Shown: in pieces, positions 53,047 through 61,841 of the stretch | Layout of the letters: every line of letters begins with the position of its first letter | How positions within the stretch are numbered: the stretch's first letter is position 1 | Assembly: GCA_045614665.1 (NCBI GenBank) | Contig: JAZLDI010000002.1 | Coordinates: 3,366 to 67,365 of the forward strand | Origin: Candidatus Enterousia sp. | GTDB taxonomy: Bacteria > Pseudomonadota > Alphaproteobacteria > Rs-D84 | Length of the DNA: 64,000 nucleotides | Direction of reading: 5' to 3' | Translations under genes and position numbers: made by a program | Notes under the pieces: model-generated | What the model was told of the DNA's origin: nothing | Database searches by the model: none | The model's input: the letters and a program-made list of their open reading frames with translations, nothing else

Positions 53047-53826
53047 TTATGCGTTTCCAATGTCGTCAAATTGTTTTGATAATTCATTAAAATAGTTCTG
53101 GGGCTTGGGACCTTTCCAGATCTTCTTCGTTTCGGTTTGTGTGGTCTTTTGTCCAACAAAAGATACGCGATGATTTTCAACGCTAATTACCGGAAATTTA
53201 TACGTTTCCATCAATTTTTTGCTGTGCGTGGCCAGGATAATCGTTGTTCCGAATGTTTTGTTCATTTTTATAAACAGTTCCATCAGGCGGGATGCGTTTT
53301 CATCATCCAGATTTCCTGTTGGTTCGTCCGCCAATAATATAGATGGCTGAACAATAATGGCGCGGGCAACGGATACACGTTGTTGTTGACCGCCGGACAA
53401 GGATTTTGGATTTGCGTCCGCATATTTGCCCAGGCCCACCCAATCCAGAACCTTGGCCACAAGGGGGGTTATTTTGTTTTCAGGTACACCACGCACCCGC
53501 AGGGGCAGGGCCACATTGTCAAAAACCGTCAGATGGGACAGCAAAGAATATTCCTGGAATACAATAGCCATTTTTTGACGGATCTTAGTGATCTCGTCAC
53601 GGGTCATATCGCTTGTTGTCTTGCCAAACAGTTTTACAATGCCACGATGTGGTTTGTGTAATTGGTATATCAATCGTAACAGTGTTGTTTTACCCGCGCC
53701 AGATGCGCCCGACAAAAAATAAAACGAACCGCCCCCGATATTAAATGATACGTCGGTTAGAATATCCGGCGTTCCGTCGTATTTCGCGGCAACATTTGCA
53801 AATGATATAGCGGTATTGTCTTCCAT
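53047..53826 (-). CDS. ftsE: cell-division ABC transporter ATP-binding protein FtsE (with ~35-aa C-terminal extension)
   Basis: Walker A GASGAGKTTL, signature LSGGQQQR, Walker B ILLADEPTGNLD. Confidence 0.85.
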   Translation of the reverse strand: MEDNTAISFANVAAKYDGTPDILTDVSFNIGGGSFYFLSGASGAGKTTLLRLIYQLHKPHRGIVKLFGKTTSDMTRDEITKIRQKMAIVFQEYSLLSHLTVFDNVALPLRVRGVPENKITPLVAKVLDWVGLGKYADANPKSLSGGQQQRVSVARAIIVQPSILLADEPTGNLDDENASRLMELFIKMNKTFGTTIILATHSKKLMETYKFPVISVENHRVSFVGQKTTQTETKKIWKGPKPQNYFNELSKQFDDIGNA

Positions 53827-53898
53827 ACAAAACAGATTAGTAAATTTTTTTTATACCGTCAAATGAAATAAAAATTGTGGGACGGATATTTTTTGTGT

Positions 53899-53927
53899 TT
53901 GGAAAAGGGGGCGATTTTTGATATACT
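53899..53927 (+). promoter_or_regulatory. sigma70-type promoter of the OMP gene
   Basis: TTGGAA (53899-53904), 17-nt spacer, TATACT (53922-53927). Confidence 0.45.
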
Positions 53928-53952
53928 ACTAGGAAAAAAGGGAGTATGTTTT

Positions 53953-54678
53953 ATGAAAAAATTAGCATCATTTTGTTTGGCTTCGATTATGGCGATGTCT
54001 GCGGCGTCTGCGGAATCAGATGTTGTTGTTCAGCGTTCGCCGGTTGGACGTCGTGTTATGGTTCGTGAATATCAGCCGTATTCGGTTGAAACGGCCAAGG
54101 GTTGGTATATGGGTGGTCGTTTGGCGTTAAATATGCTGAATTGGACAAATGAATACAGCACAAATGATGCAAATCCAGTGTCAGATAATGATAGCGACGA
54201 GTATTCGTTTGAGGCGTTGTTTGGGGGGTCTGTGTTTGCGGGAACTGATTTTCAGTTATCTAATGAGTGGTTTCGTGCCGAGGTTGAGGCCGGTTTGATG
54301 GGGCAATTTACAGATAAAGACCAGGGCATTGAATTTAAAATGACGGTTCCATATGTAATCGCTAATGGTTATTACGATTTTATAAATGGCTTGTATGTTG
54401 GTGCGGGGCTTGGGCTGGCGTTGCCAAAGACGGAACTGGATTGGGCGGCATTGGTTGGTGGTGAGCGTTCAGAACGTGCAGTTTCTCCAATGATGGCGTT
54501 GATGTTTGGATGGTCTTATGATTTGGATGCGCGTATAACATTGGATTTACGTTATCGTTTGTCCGGATTCTGGGGACCGGAACATACACGCAGTTTTGCC
54601 GATGGTATCGAATTTACCACAGATGTAGGATTTGTGCTGGAAAATTCATTGTCAATGGGGTTGCGTTACAGATTCTAA
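53953..54678 (+). CDS. small outer-membrane beta-barrel protein (Omp25/OMP_b-brl-like)
   Basis: AAAGGGAG RBS before ATG 53953. Signal peptide ends ASA and the C-terminus is GLRYRF. Paralogue of 9018-9629 (shared RAEVE, NGYYDF, GAGLGLA and DLRYR blocks). Confidence 0.7.
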   Translation: MKKLASFCLASIMAMSAASAESDVVVQRSPVGRRVMVREYQPYSVETAKGWYMGGRLALNMLNWTNEYSTNDANPVSDNDSDEYSFEALFGGSVFAGTDFQLSNEWFRAEVEAGLMGQFTDKDQGIEFKMTVPYVIANGYYDFINGLYVGAGLGLALPKTELDWAALVGGERSERAVSPMMALMFGWSYDLDARITLDLRYRLSGFWGPEHTRSFADGIEFTTDVGFVLENSLSMGLRYRF

Positions 54679-54709
54679 GAAAAAATTAGGAATTTGTAAA
54701 AAATGGGTA

Positions 54710-54739
54710 TTGACCCCGATTCGCAAAATATGGTATTAT
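54710..54739 (+). promoter_or_regulatory. sigma70-type promoter with GANTC after the -35 (fibre gene 1)
   Basis: TTGACC (54710-54715), 18-nt spacer containing GATTC at 54718-54722 (CCGATTCGC), TATTAT (54734-54739). Confidence 0.55.
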
Positions 54740-54785
54740 AAATACCGATAAGAGAGTGGTATCGCAAGTATCAGTGAGAGAAGAT

Positions 54786-56501
54786 ATGAAGACCGAAACA
54801 AAAATTTCAAGTATAGCATTAGTATGCGCGTTGTGCGCGGTTGTGGCAACGCCGGCAATGTCTGCGGCGGCGGTGCGTAGCCTGGGTGGTGCGGGCACGT
54901 TCAGCAGTGCGTCCAGTGCGGCGTCGTCCAAGACGTCGGGTGCAACGTCGACACGTGCGGGTTCTTTGCGTGTGTTGCCATCAACGACCAAGGCGACGAC
55001 GTCCACGACCACCACAACGTCAAAGCCGACATCGTCGGGTGCTGCGACAACGACGCGTGTGTCGGCAACGCCGCGTTTATCGATTGGTAAGTATTTGCCA
55101 CATCGTGTTGTTGCGTCAACCGGCGGGTCTTCGGCGGGCGATGCCGGCAATGGTTCAACCGGGGGTGTTGATTTTGTAGATAAAAAAGAATGGGATGAGG
55201 TTTATGCAAAACTGCCAACGCGTGTCGATAACTTAGAAACGGGTGTTGTTGTTCTTGAGGAAAAAGTTACAGATTTGGAAAAGACGATTGGTGATGCGGA
55301 TGTGATTGAGTTGCAAACGATTGTTAATAATCTGCAAACAAACGTTAATACGATTGTGGAACAATTGCCGGCGGATGATGCGCCGGTTGCAAGCCAGGAA
55401 TCTGTAACTCAGATTAATACCACGGTAACGAATATCAATAACACGATCGAGCAGTTACAGGAACAAATTACCAAGATTGAGGGCGGGGATAGCTCTGTTT
55501 CGATTTTGGAACTGGAACAAAGTGTCAAAACTTTGCAGGATGATGTTAGTACGTTAAAATTGGACGTATTGAATGTTCAGGGTGAATTTGCCAAGTATGT
55601 ATTGGATACAGAGCTGGAAGAAGCCTTGAAGACTGTTGATGATGAGGCGTTAATTGCGGCGTTGCGCTCAGAATATGAAGCAAAGGTTGCAGAGCTGGAA
55701 AAAGATATCACAACATTGACATCTAATTTTACAAATTATTACACAAAGTCAGAAGTTGATAAGGCGATTGCAGATGCGGCGTTTGATCCGTCTACGATTG
55801 ATTTGACCGATTATGCCAAAACGGCGGATTTGGAAAAGTTTGCGTTGACGTCGGATTTAGAGGCTGCCCAAATGACTTTGTCGGCATTGATTGATACCAA
55901 GATTGCAACGGGCGATTTTGCGGCGGCAAAAGATTTAGAGGCTTTGGATACCGAATTGTCGGCAATTGTTGCGGCGGGTGTTGTGGATAGCGCGACTTTG
56001 GCATCGGTTAAGTTGGAACTGTCGAACTTGATTAAAGCAAATTCGGATCAGGATGTTATAACGGCGGCTGCTTTGGATCAGTTAGAAAAAGCTTTGGATA
56101 GCGAATATTATACATCGGCCCAGGTTGATGCGCTGTTGGCGCAAAAGGTAGATGTGTCATCGTTGGATGCATTGGAATTGCAGAAGACGGATACTGGTGC
56201 GTATAAACCGTTGGGTGCCCTGGCGTATGAAGATGAAATAGCCGCAGAACAAATTACCAGTATTAACGCGACATCTATTCAGGGTAAGATTACCACTGAA
56301 CAGATTGACAGCTTGGATGCCAGCAAGATTACCGGGACAATTGAATCTGATCAATTGGCGGACGGGGCGGTTACCGCGGACAAGATTACAACCGGTGACG
56401 CAACGTTAGAAGAAGGTAATCTGGCGATGCTGGTATCTGATGGAAAGGGTGGCGTGACCTGGCAATCGGTTGGTGTTGCCACCGGCACAGATGGAAATTA
56501 A
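54786..56501 (+). CDS. fibre-family protein 1: exported Ser/Thr-rich linker plus long coiled-coil/tail-fibre-like repeats (hypothetical)
   Basis: Signal peptide ends AMSA. It is followed by an S/T/A-rich low-complexity block and then Leu/Asp/Thr/Ala heptad-like sequence. C-terminal blocks SKITGTIESDQLADGAVTADKITTGDAT, and the tip NLAMLVSDGKGGVTWQSVGV. Confidence 0.6.
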   Translation: MKTETKISSIALVCALCAVVATPAMSAAAVRSLGGAGTFSSASSAASSKTSGATSTRAGSLRVLPSTTKATTSTTTTTSKPTSSGAATTTRVSATPRLSIGKYLPHRVVASTGGSSAGDAGNGSTGGVDFVDKKEWDEVYAKLPTRVDNLETGVVVLEEKVTDLEKTIGDADVIELQTIVNNLQTNVNTIVEQLPADDAPVASQESVTQINTTVTNINNTIEQLQEQITKIEGGDSSVSILELEQSVKTLQDDVSTLKLDVLNVQGEFAKYVLDTELEEALKTVDDEALIAALRSEYEAKVAELEKDITTLTSNFTNYYTKSEVDKAIADAAFDPSTIDLTDYAKTADLEKFALTSDLEAAQMTLSALIDTKIATGDFAAAKDLEALDTELSAIVAAGVVDSATLASVKLELSNLIKANSDQDVITAAALDQLEKALDSEYYTSAQVDALLAQKVDVSSLDALELQKTDTGAYKPLGALAYEDEIAAEQITSINATSIQGKITTEQIDSLDASKITGTIESDQLADGAVTADKITTGDATLEEGNLAMLVSDGKGGVTWQSVGVATGTDGN

Positions 56502-56574
56502 AAGAGAGAATTGAAAAACAAAAGGCACGGTTGAAAAACCGCATAACAAAAACAAAAAAAGAAAGGAAAGAAAA

Positions 56575-57702
56575 ATGAAAGTAAAAAATATTATGTTCGC
56601 AGGATTTGCCTCTGCAATCTTGTCAGGCGTATGCGGTGCCGCCAGTGCCGCAGATTATAACCTGGTTACCGAGGGTTATGTTACAGAAAAATTAGCCGGC
56701 AAGGCAGATACGGGTGCATCTTATACCAAGGGTGAAACCGATACTTTGTTAGGTGGCAAGGTTTCAGCAGACACATATGCCGCATATATTGAAACACAGG
56801 AAGGTGTTGATAAAGCACAGGATGCTAAGATCCAGGCAAATACAGCTGCTATTGATGGCTTGAGTGGTGTTGATGGTACGGGTTTTGCAACAATGCAACA
56901 GGATATTGCAACTTTAAAAACAGCTGTTAATGACGAAAATGGTGCTGTTGCACAGAAAATCGCAACCGCGATTGCCGAAGAAGAATTGCGCGCAGATGGT
57001 GCATATGCTCCAGTAAGTTTGACACAAACTGTTACTGATTTGTCTGGTCTGGTTGCAACTAAGGCAGATGCAAGTGCATTAGCTGGCAAACAGGATACGA
57101 TCGATGATTTGGCAGATATCCGTTCTGGTGCTGCATTGGGTGAAACAGCGGTTCAGCCAGGGGCTTTGGAAACAACGTTGGGTTCTTATGTAACAACAAC
57201 TGCTTTGGAACAGGCTGGCTATGCAACAACGGAAGAAATGAACACTGCATTGCAGGGTAAACAGGCCACAATTGAAAACCTGGCAACGATTGAAGCAAAT
57301 GCTGCCAAGGGTGCCACAGCGGTTCAGCCAGAAACATTGACACAGACATTGGATTCTTATGCAACAACGGAAGCAATGAATACAGCTTTGCAGGGTAAGC
57401 AGGCCACAATTGAAAACCTGGATACGATTATTGCGGGTGCGGAGGCTGGTGCCACAGCGGTTCAGCCGGGTGCTAATATTTCCGTATTGGTAAATGATTC
57501 TGAGTTCCAGACTGCTGAAAATGTAAACACATTGATTGGCCAGGCACAAATTGCAGAATCCCAGGTTACAGGTCTGACAAATGCATTGGCAGGTAAGTTG
57601 GATGTTATGGAAAATGCGGGTACATATCTGGTAAAACGTGATGGTGAAGGTAATATCAGCTATGTGTCGGTTGAAATTGTTGGTGAAACCGAAGCAGAAT
57701 AA
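56575..57702 (+). CDS. fibre-family protein 2 (hypothetical exported tail-fibre-like protein)
   Basis: Signal peptide ends AASA. The mature N-terminus is ADYNLVTEGYVTEKLAGKAD. Contains three ~46-aa repeats (ALQGKQATIENL...ATAVQP). The tip is GTYLVKRDGEGNISYVSVEIVG. Confidence 0.6.
   Translation: MKVKNIMFAGFASAILSGVCGAASAADYNLVTEGYVTEKLAGKADTGASYTKGETDTLLGGKVSADTYAAYIETQEGVDKAQDAKIQANTAAIDGLSGVDGTGFATMQQDIATLKTAVNDENGAVAQKIATAIAEEELRADGAYAPVSLTQTVTDLSGLVATKADASALAGKQDTIDDLADIRSGAALGETAVQPGALETTLGSYVTTTALEQAGYATTEEMNTALQGKQATIENLATIEANAAKGATAVQPETLTQTLDSYATTEAMNTALQGKQATIENLDTIIAGAEAGATAVQPGANISVLVNDSEFQTAENVNTLIGQAQIAESQVTGLTNALAGKLDVMENAGTYLVKRDGEGNISYVSVEIVGETEAE
57223..57480 (+). repeat. 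tandem in-frame duplication (138-bp period) inside fibre gene 2, with a third diverged copy upstream (about 57070-57222)
   Basis: GCAACAACGGAAGAAATGAACACTGCATTGCAGGGTAAACAGGCCACAATTGAAAACCTGG... recurs at 57223 and 57361 with few differences over the first ~100 bp. Confidence 0.8.
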
Positions 57703-57781
57703 TCTAAAACAAAACGCTTTGAATTGATGCCAAAGCCGTCATAAGCCCAGGCATAAAAAACGAAAGAAAAGGAAAGAAAAA

Positions 57782-58873
57782 ATGACAGTAAAAAATATTA
57801 TGTTCTCGGGTGTTATGGCGGCTATCTTGATGGCGGGTGCCAATGCGCACGCGGCGGTTGAAATCGCCAGTCGTGGTTATGTTGATACCGAAGTTGCAAA
57901 AAAAGCAGATGCGACCGAATTTTCAACGTTAAAGGGCGTTGTTGAAAACGCAGACACCGGTTTGGCAACAAAAGCCAGCAAGACTGAATTGCAGACCGCA
58001 CAGTCAGATTTGCAAGATGCAATTAATTTGAAAGCAAACGCTGCAGATGTTTATACCAAGGATGATGTTTACACAAAGACTGAATCAGATGGTCGCTTTG
58101 ACGCCATTAATGCCGCGCAGAATGCATTGACTGCGGCGCAAAGCTATACAGACGCTCAGCTGAAAACTTTGACAGACAGTTTGGGTGGAACCGGTGAAGA
58201 TGGTGAAAGCACTGGTTTGACTGGTATTGTTGCGGGACATACGGTTCAGATAGGTGCTTTGGAAACCAAGGTTGGTGAAAAAAATGTTGCTACACAGATT
58301 AGCGAGGCTTTGTCGACTTATGCAAAAACCGCAGATGTAGAATCCAAGGATGCTGCAACATTAGAAGCTGCCAAGGGTTATACGGATGAAAAAGTTGGTG
58401 CTTTGACGGGTGAAAATGGTGCAATTACTACATTGGCGGCAAGGGTAACCGCAAATGAAGGTGCCATCGCCACAAATACAGAGGAAATTGCCAAAAAAGC
58501 AGATAAAACAACCGTTGAAGGGATTCAATCAACAATTAATAGCCTGGGCGATACATATGCAACGGATGAAGAAGTTGAGGGTATTCAAACAACTTTACAG
58601 AACAATATCGATACCAAGGTTGCAACAGAAACATATAATGCCAAGGTTGCAGAATTGAGCAGTGCGATCACAACAGAAAAAGAACGTGCCGAGGGTGTAG
58701 AAGGTGGTTTGAATACTCGCTTGACAACGGCTGAAGGAACTATTTCAACCCTGTCAAATGATTTGGCGACCAAGATTACAAAGCCAGCGGCTTGTCAAAC
58801 AGGCAACTGTGTATTGGCGATGATGAATGGTGGTAATCCGGAATGGATTATTCTGACATTGCCAACGGAATAA
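57782..58873 (+). CDS. fibre-family protein 3 (hypothetical exported tail-fibre-like protein)
   Basis: The leader and first codons are near-identical to gene 2 (MTVKNIMFSG versus MKVKNIMFAG). The mature N-terminus is AVEIASRGYVDTEVAKKAD. Contains ADVYTKDDVYTKTESDGRF, and a tip with two Cys (ACQTGNCVLAMMNGGNPEWIILTLPTE). Confidence 0.6.
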   Translation: MTVKNIMFSGVMAAILMAGANAHAAVEIASRGYVDTEVAKKADATEFSTLKGVVENADTGLATKASKTELQTAQSDLQDAINLKANAADVYTKDDVYTKTESDGRFDAINAAQNALTAAQSYTDAQLKTLTDSLGGTGEDGESTGLTGIVAGHTVQIGALETKVGEKNVATQISEALSTYAKTADVESKDAATLEAAKGYTDEKVGALTGENGAITTLAARVTANEGAIATNTEEIAKKADKTTVEGIQSTINSLGDTYATDEEVEGIQTTLQNNIDTKVATETYNAKVAELSSAITTEKERAEGVEGGLNTRLTTAEGTISTLSNDLATKITKPAACQTGNCVLAMMNGGNPEWIILTLPTE

Positions 58874-58885
58874 TAAAAAAATGAT

Positions 58886-58909
58886 GTAAAGGGCAAAAAT
58901 GCCCTTTAC
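58886..58909 (+). terminator. terminator-like hairpin after fibre gene 3
   Basis: GTAAAGGGC-AAAAAT-GCCCTTTAC perfect 9-bp stem. No clear T-run follows. Confidence 0.4.
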
Positions 58910-58934
58910 ACGATTCGTGTAAAAATGATAAAAT
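58906..58934 (+). promoter_or_regulatory. sigma70-type promoter with GANTC after the -35 (fibre gene 4)
   Basis: TTACAC (58906-58911), 17-nt spacer starting with GATTC (58912-58916), TAAAAT (58929-58934) with a TGn extension. Confidence 0.45.
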
Positions 58935-58962
58935 AGATTTATAGGAAGGAAAGGATTACCAA

Positions 58963-60378
58963 ATGAAAAAATTAACAGCTGGGATTTTCACAGTATTAAT
59001 CGGTCTGTGTGCCGCAAATTCTGCGGACGCAAGTGTTGCATCAACTGGTTGGGTCGAAGAACAAGTTAGCGCTTTGGCAACAACGGTTGAAACAAATAAA
59101 ACAACGGCGGCAAATGCAACCAAGGCGGTTTCGGATGCGTTGACAGAATATAAAACGTCTAATGATGCGGTGGTTGCGTTAAAGGCGGCCAATGCTGACT
59201 TACAGGCGTTGCAGGCAAAAGTTGGTACCCTGCCAGAAGGTAGCGCAGACGTTGTTGCATACATCAATAAAAAGACAGAAGGTATTGCAACTGATGCGGC
59301 TTTGGGTGAATTACAGACACAGGTTAGTGGCAATACAACTGCAATTTCAACATTGAATGGTTCCGGTGAAGGCTCGGTTGCGAAATCTATTTCCGATGCT
59401 TTGGCTAGCTATACAAATACAACAGATATGACCGCTGCGATCAAAGTAGTTTCTGATGCGTTGGATACTCATGAAGCGACCGCTGCATCGACATATGCAA
59501 CAATTGATAGTCTGAATACTGCAAATCAGGCGATTGCAGGGTTAGAAACCAGCAAGGAAGCAGTTGTGAATAAGTTGACATCGGATAATGCAACGCAAAT
59601 AGATGATTCTAATAAAGATACGTTCTATCCCACAATTGGTCGTGTAACTGCTGAGATTGATAAGACTGTTACACAAGTGAATAATGATATTACGGCGTTA
59701 ACTGCTGGGTTAGGGACTAAGGCGGACAAAGCAACGGTAGAAGCATTGACAACAACTGTTGGTAATAATGCAGCAACGGCATCGCAGGCCACCGCGGCGG
59801 TTGCAAAAGATTTGTCTGATTATCAGGCGGCTAATAATGCGGCTGTAAAGGCAAATACGGATGCGATTGCGGAAATTAATGATGCCGAAGATGGTATTTT
59901 GGCTCAGGCAAAAGCATATGCCAAGGACCAGGCGGATGCTGCGTCGACCAGTGCGTCTGGCGTTGCGACTGATTTAGCGGGCTTTAAGACAACTGTAAGT
60001 CAGACCTATGCGACACAAGAAGCCTTGGGTGCGACAAATACGAATGTTACGAATTTGACAGGTCGTGTTGGTACGAATGAAACGAATATTGCCGCTAATT
60101 CTACGAATATTACAAAGAATGCAGAAAATATCTTGGCAAATGCAAAAGATATTGAGGCGCATACAACAGCAATTGCGGCGGCCCAGGCCCAGGCGGACAA
60201 AGGTGTTGCGGATGCAGCGGCGGCTCAGTCAACGGCAAATCAGGCAAAGGCAACCGCTGATGCGGCGATTCCAAAACCACAGGGTGAATGTCAGGATGCA
60301 GATAACAAATGTGTGTTGACATATAATAACTCAACTTATACATGGGAAGTTATTGAACGTTCCGCTGAGGGTAAATAA
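58963..60378 (+). CDS. fibre-family protein 4 (hypothetical exported tail-fibre-like protein)
   Basis: Signal peptide ends ADA. The mature N-terminus is SVASTGWVEEQV. Shares the module DSNKDTFYPTIGRVTAEIDKTV. The tip has two Cys (GECQDADNKCVLTYNNSTYTWEVIERS). Confidence 0.6.
   Translation: MKKLTAGIFTVLIGLCAANSADASVASTGWVEEQVSALATTVETNKTTAANATKAVSDALTEYKTSNDAVVALKAANADLQALQAKVGTLPEGSADVVAYINKKTEGIATDAALGELQTQVSGNTTAISTLNGSGEGSVAKSISDALASYTNTTDMTAAIKVVSDALDTHEATAASTYATIDSLNTANQAIAGLETSKEAVVNKLTSDNATQIDDSNKDTFYPTIGRVTAEIDKTVTQVNNDITALTAGLGTKADKATVEALTTTVGNNAATASQATAAVAKDLSDYQAANNAAVKANTDAIAEINDAEDGILAQAKAYAKDQADAASTSASGVATDLAGFKTTVSQTYATQEALGATNTNVTNLTGRVGTNETNIAANSTNITKNAENILANAKDIEAHTTAIAAAQAQADKGVADAAAAQSTANQAKATADAAIPKPQGECQDADNKCVLTYNNSTYTWEVIERSAEGK
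59605..59700 (+). repeat. shared DNA module (copy in fibre gene 4) matching 61075-61170 and 62596-62652
   Basis: GATTCTAATAAAGATACGTTCTATCCCACAATTGGTCGTGTAACTGCTGAGATTGATAAGACTGTTACA... has 2 differences from the gene-5 copy in the first 81 bp, by my reading. Confidence 0.8.
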
Positions 60379-60388
60379 TAAAAATTAA

Positions 60389-60419
60389 TATCGGGACGAT
60401 GTGATTTGTCGTCCCGATA
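60389..60419 (+). terminator. rho-independent terminator after fibre gene 4
   Basis: TATCGGGACGA/TCGTCCCGATA perfect 11-bp stem with a T-rich tail downstream. Confidence 0.6.
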
Positions 60420-60459
60420 AATTCGGTTTTTAATAGTAAAAAGAAAAAGGAAGGAAAAG

Positions 60460-61725
60460 ATGAAAAAAATATTGACAGTGTCGTTGGTTGCAATGATGGC
60501 TGTATCGGCGGCGCGTGCGGATATTGCGTCCACCGCATATGTTCAGGGTGCGGTCGGTGCAGAAACAACGCTGCGTGAAAATGCGGATACCGCGATTAAA
60601 AATTCTATTGGTACGGTAAGTTCGACTAATATGGGGACGACGGCATCAACTGTTGTTACGGCTATTAAAGAACATTCGGATGCGATTAGTGATATTAACG
60701 ACGAATTGGATACAATGGCGACCAGTGAAACTGTTCAGGGTATCGAGACTGCTTTGTCGACGTTGCAGGGTACGGTTTCAACAAATGAAACAGATATTGA
60801 GAAAAAAGTTTCAGATTTGACGACTGTTGTTAACGGTAAACAGGCGACATTGGACACTAATCAGTTGGCGGCTGTAAATTCTGGTGTGACAACTTCTACT
60901 GTGTCTCAAGTTGCTACCAATAAAAGTGATATTGCAGGAATTAAATCATCTGCCTATGCGACATCTGGTATCACATCGTCCAAGGTATCTACATATGATG
61001 GATATGCGGCACAGATTAATGCCAAGGAAGCATCTGCGAATAAGTTGAAAACAGGTGATACGACGACCATAAATGATTCTAATAAAGATACGTTATATCC
61101 CACAATTGGTCGTGTAACTGCTGAGATTGATAAGACTGTTACAGAAGTGAATAATGATGTTTCGGCCTTGTCGGGTGGATTGGCTGCATTGCAGAAGACG
61201 GTTTCTGATAATGAAACTGATATTGAAGCAAAAGTCGCGACTAAGGTAACGGCCAATGCTGCGATTACTGGTGCGACCAAAGCGAAGATTACATATGATT
61301 CTAAGGGTTTGGTAACCGGTGGTGCGGATTTGGCTGCATCTGATATTCCAACATTGGCGACGTCTAAGATTTCTGGATTGGATACCGCTCTGGCTGCTAA
61401 GGAAGTGACATCAAATAAAGTTACGACATTAAGCAGTACTTCGACAAATACACAGTATCCAAGTGCAAAGGTTGTTTATGATGAATTAGCCAAGAAGCAA
61501 GCGACATTATCAACGGCGCAATTAAGTGCGGCGAATTCCGGTATTACATCGGCCAAAGTATCTACGTATGATACAGCCGCAACAAACGCTTCTGCGGCAA
61601 AGGGTGTTACTGATTTGATTAGTGCGGGTACAACCGGTTCGGATGGTACATATGTTTTGACGGCAACGGTTTCTAATAACACAGTGACTGGTTATAAATG
61701 GGAACTGATTGATCGTGCGTATTAA
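60460..61725 (+). CDS. fibre-family protein 5 (hypothetical exported tail-fibre-like protein)
   Basis: Signal peptide ends ARA. The mature N-terminus is DIASTAYVQGAV. Modules ASANKLKTGDTTTINDSNKDTLYPTIGRVTAEID and KVTANAAITGATKAKITYDSKGLVTGGADLAASDIPTLATSKISGL. The tip is GTYVLTATVSNNTVTGYKWELIDRAY. Confidence 0.6.
   Translation: MKKILTVSLVAMMAVSAARADIASTAYVQGAVGAETTLRENADTAIKNSIGTVSSTNMGTTASTVVTAIKEHSDAISDINDELDTMATSETVQGIETALSTLQGTVSTNETDIEKKVSDLTTVVNGKQATLDTNQLAAVNSGVTTSTVSQVATNKSDIAGIKSSAYATSGITSSKVSTYDGYAAQINAKEASANKLKTGDTTTINDSNKDTLYPTIGRVTAEIDKTVTEVNNDVSALSGGLAALQKTVSDNETDIEAKVATKVTANAAITGATKAKITYDSKGLVTGGADLAASDIPTLATSKISGLDTALAAKEVTSNKVTTLSSTSTNTQYPSAKVVYDELAKKQATLSTAQLSAANSGITSAKVSTYDTAATNASAAKGVTDLISAGTTGSDGTYVLTATVSNNTVTGYKWELIDRAY
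61021..61131 (+). repeat. module B in fibre gene 5 (pairs with 62542-62652 in gene 6)
   Basis: 111 bp with about 7 differences by my count. Confidence 0.8.
61234..61500 (+). repeat. module A in fibre gene 5 (pairs with 62194-62460 in gene 6)
   Basis: 267 bp. There is a single difference in the first 205 bp and about ten overall, by my reading. Confidence 0.85.
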
Positions 61726-61736
61726 TCGAAAAAATA

Positions 61737-61774
61737 ATCCCTGGGTGGGTGGTGTAAAGCCACCCATCCGGGAT
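61737..61774 (+). terminator. terminator hairpin after fibre gene 5
   Basis: ATCCCTGGGTGGGTGG...CCACCCATCCGGGAT imperfect long stem with TTGTTTTT downstream. Confidence 0.5.
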
Positions 61775-61790
61775 AGTGTATTGTTTTTGG

Positions 61791-61827
61791 ACTTATTATA
61801 AAAATTGCAGTAATTTTTATAATAAGT
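61791..61827. repeat. perfect 16-bp inverted repeat upstream of the fibre gene 6 promoter
   Basis: ACTTATTATAAAAATT-GCAGT-AATTTTTATAATAAGT. Confidence 0.85.
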
Positions 61828-61841
61828 GTCGAAAAATGTCC

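Noticed and set aside
54686-55218. Long ORFs on the minus strand (54686-55150, 54901-55218) and in another plus frame (54841-55179), overlapping the start of fibre gene 1.
   Set aside because: They lie in the locally GC-rich Ser/Thr/Ala-coding stretch, where stop codons are rare in all frames. Their products are Arg/Pro/His-rich nonsense-like sequences with no RBS. The frame with the signal peptide and continuous 571-aa product is the real one.
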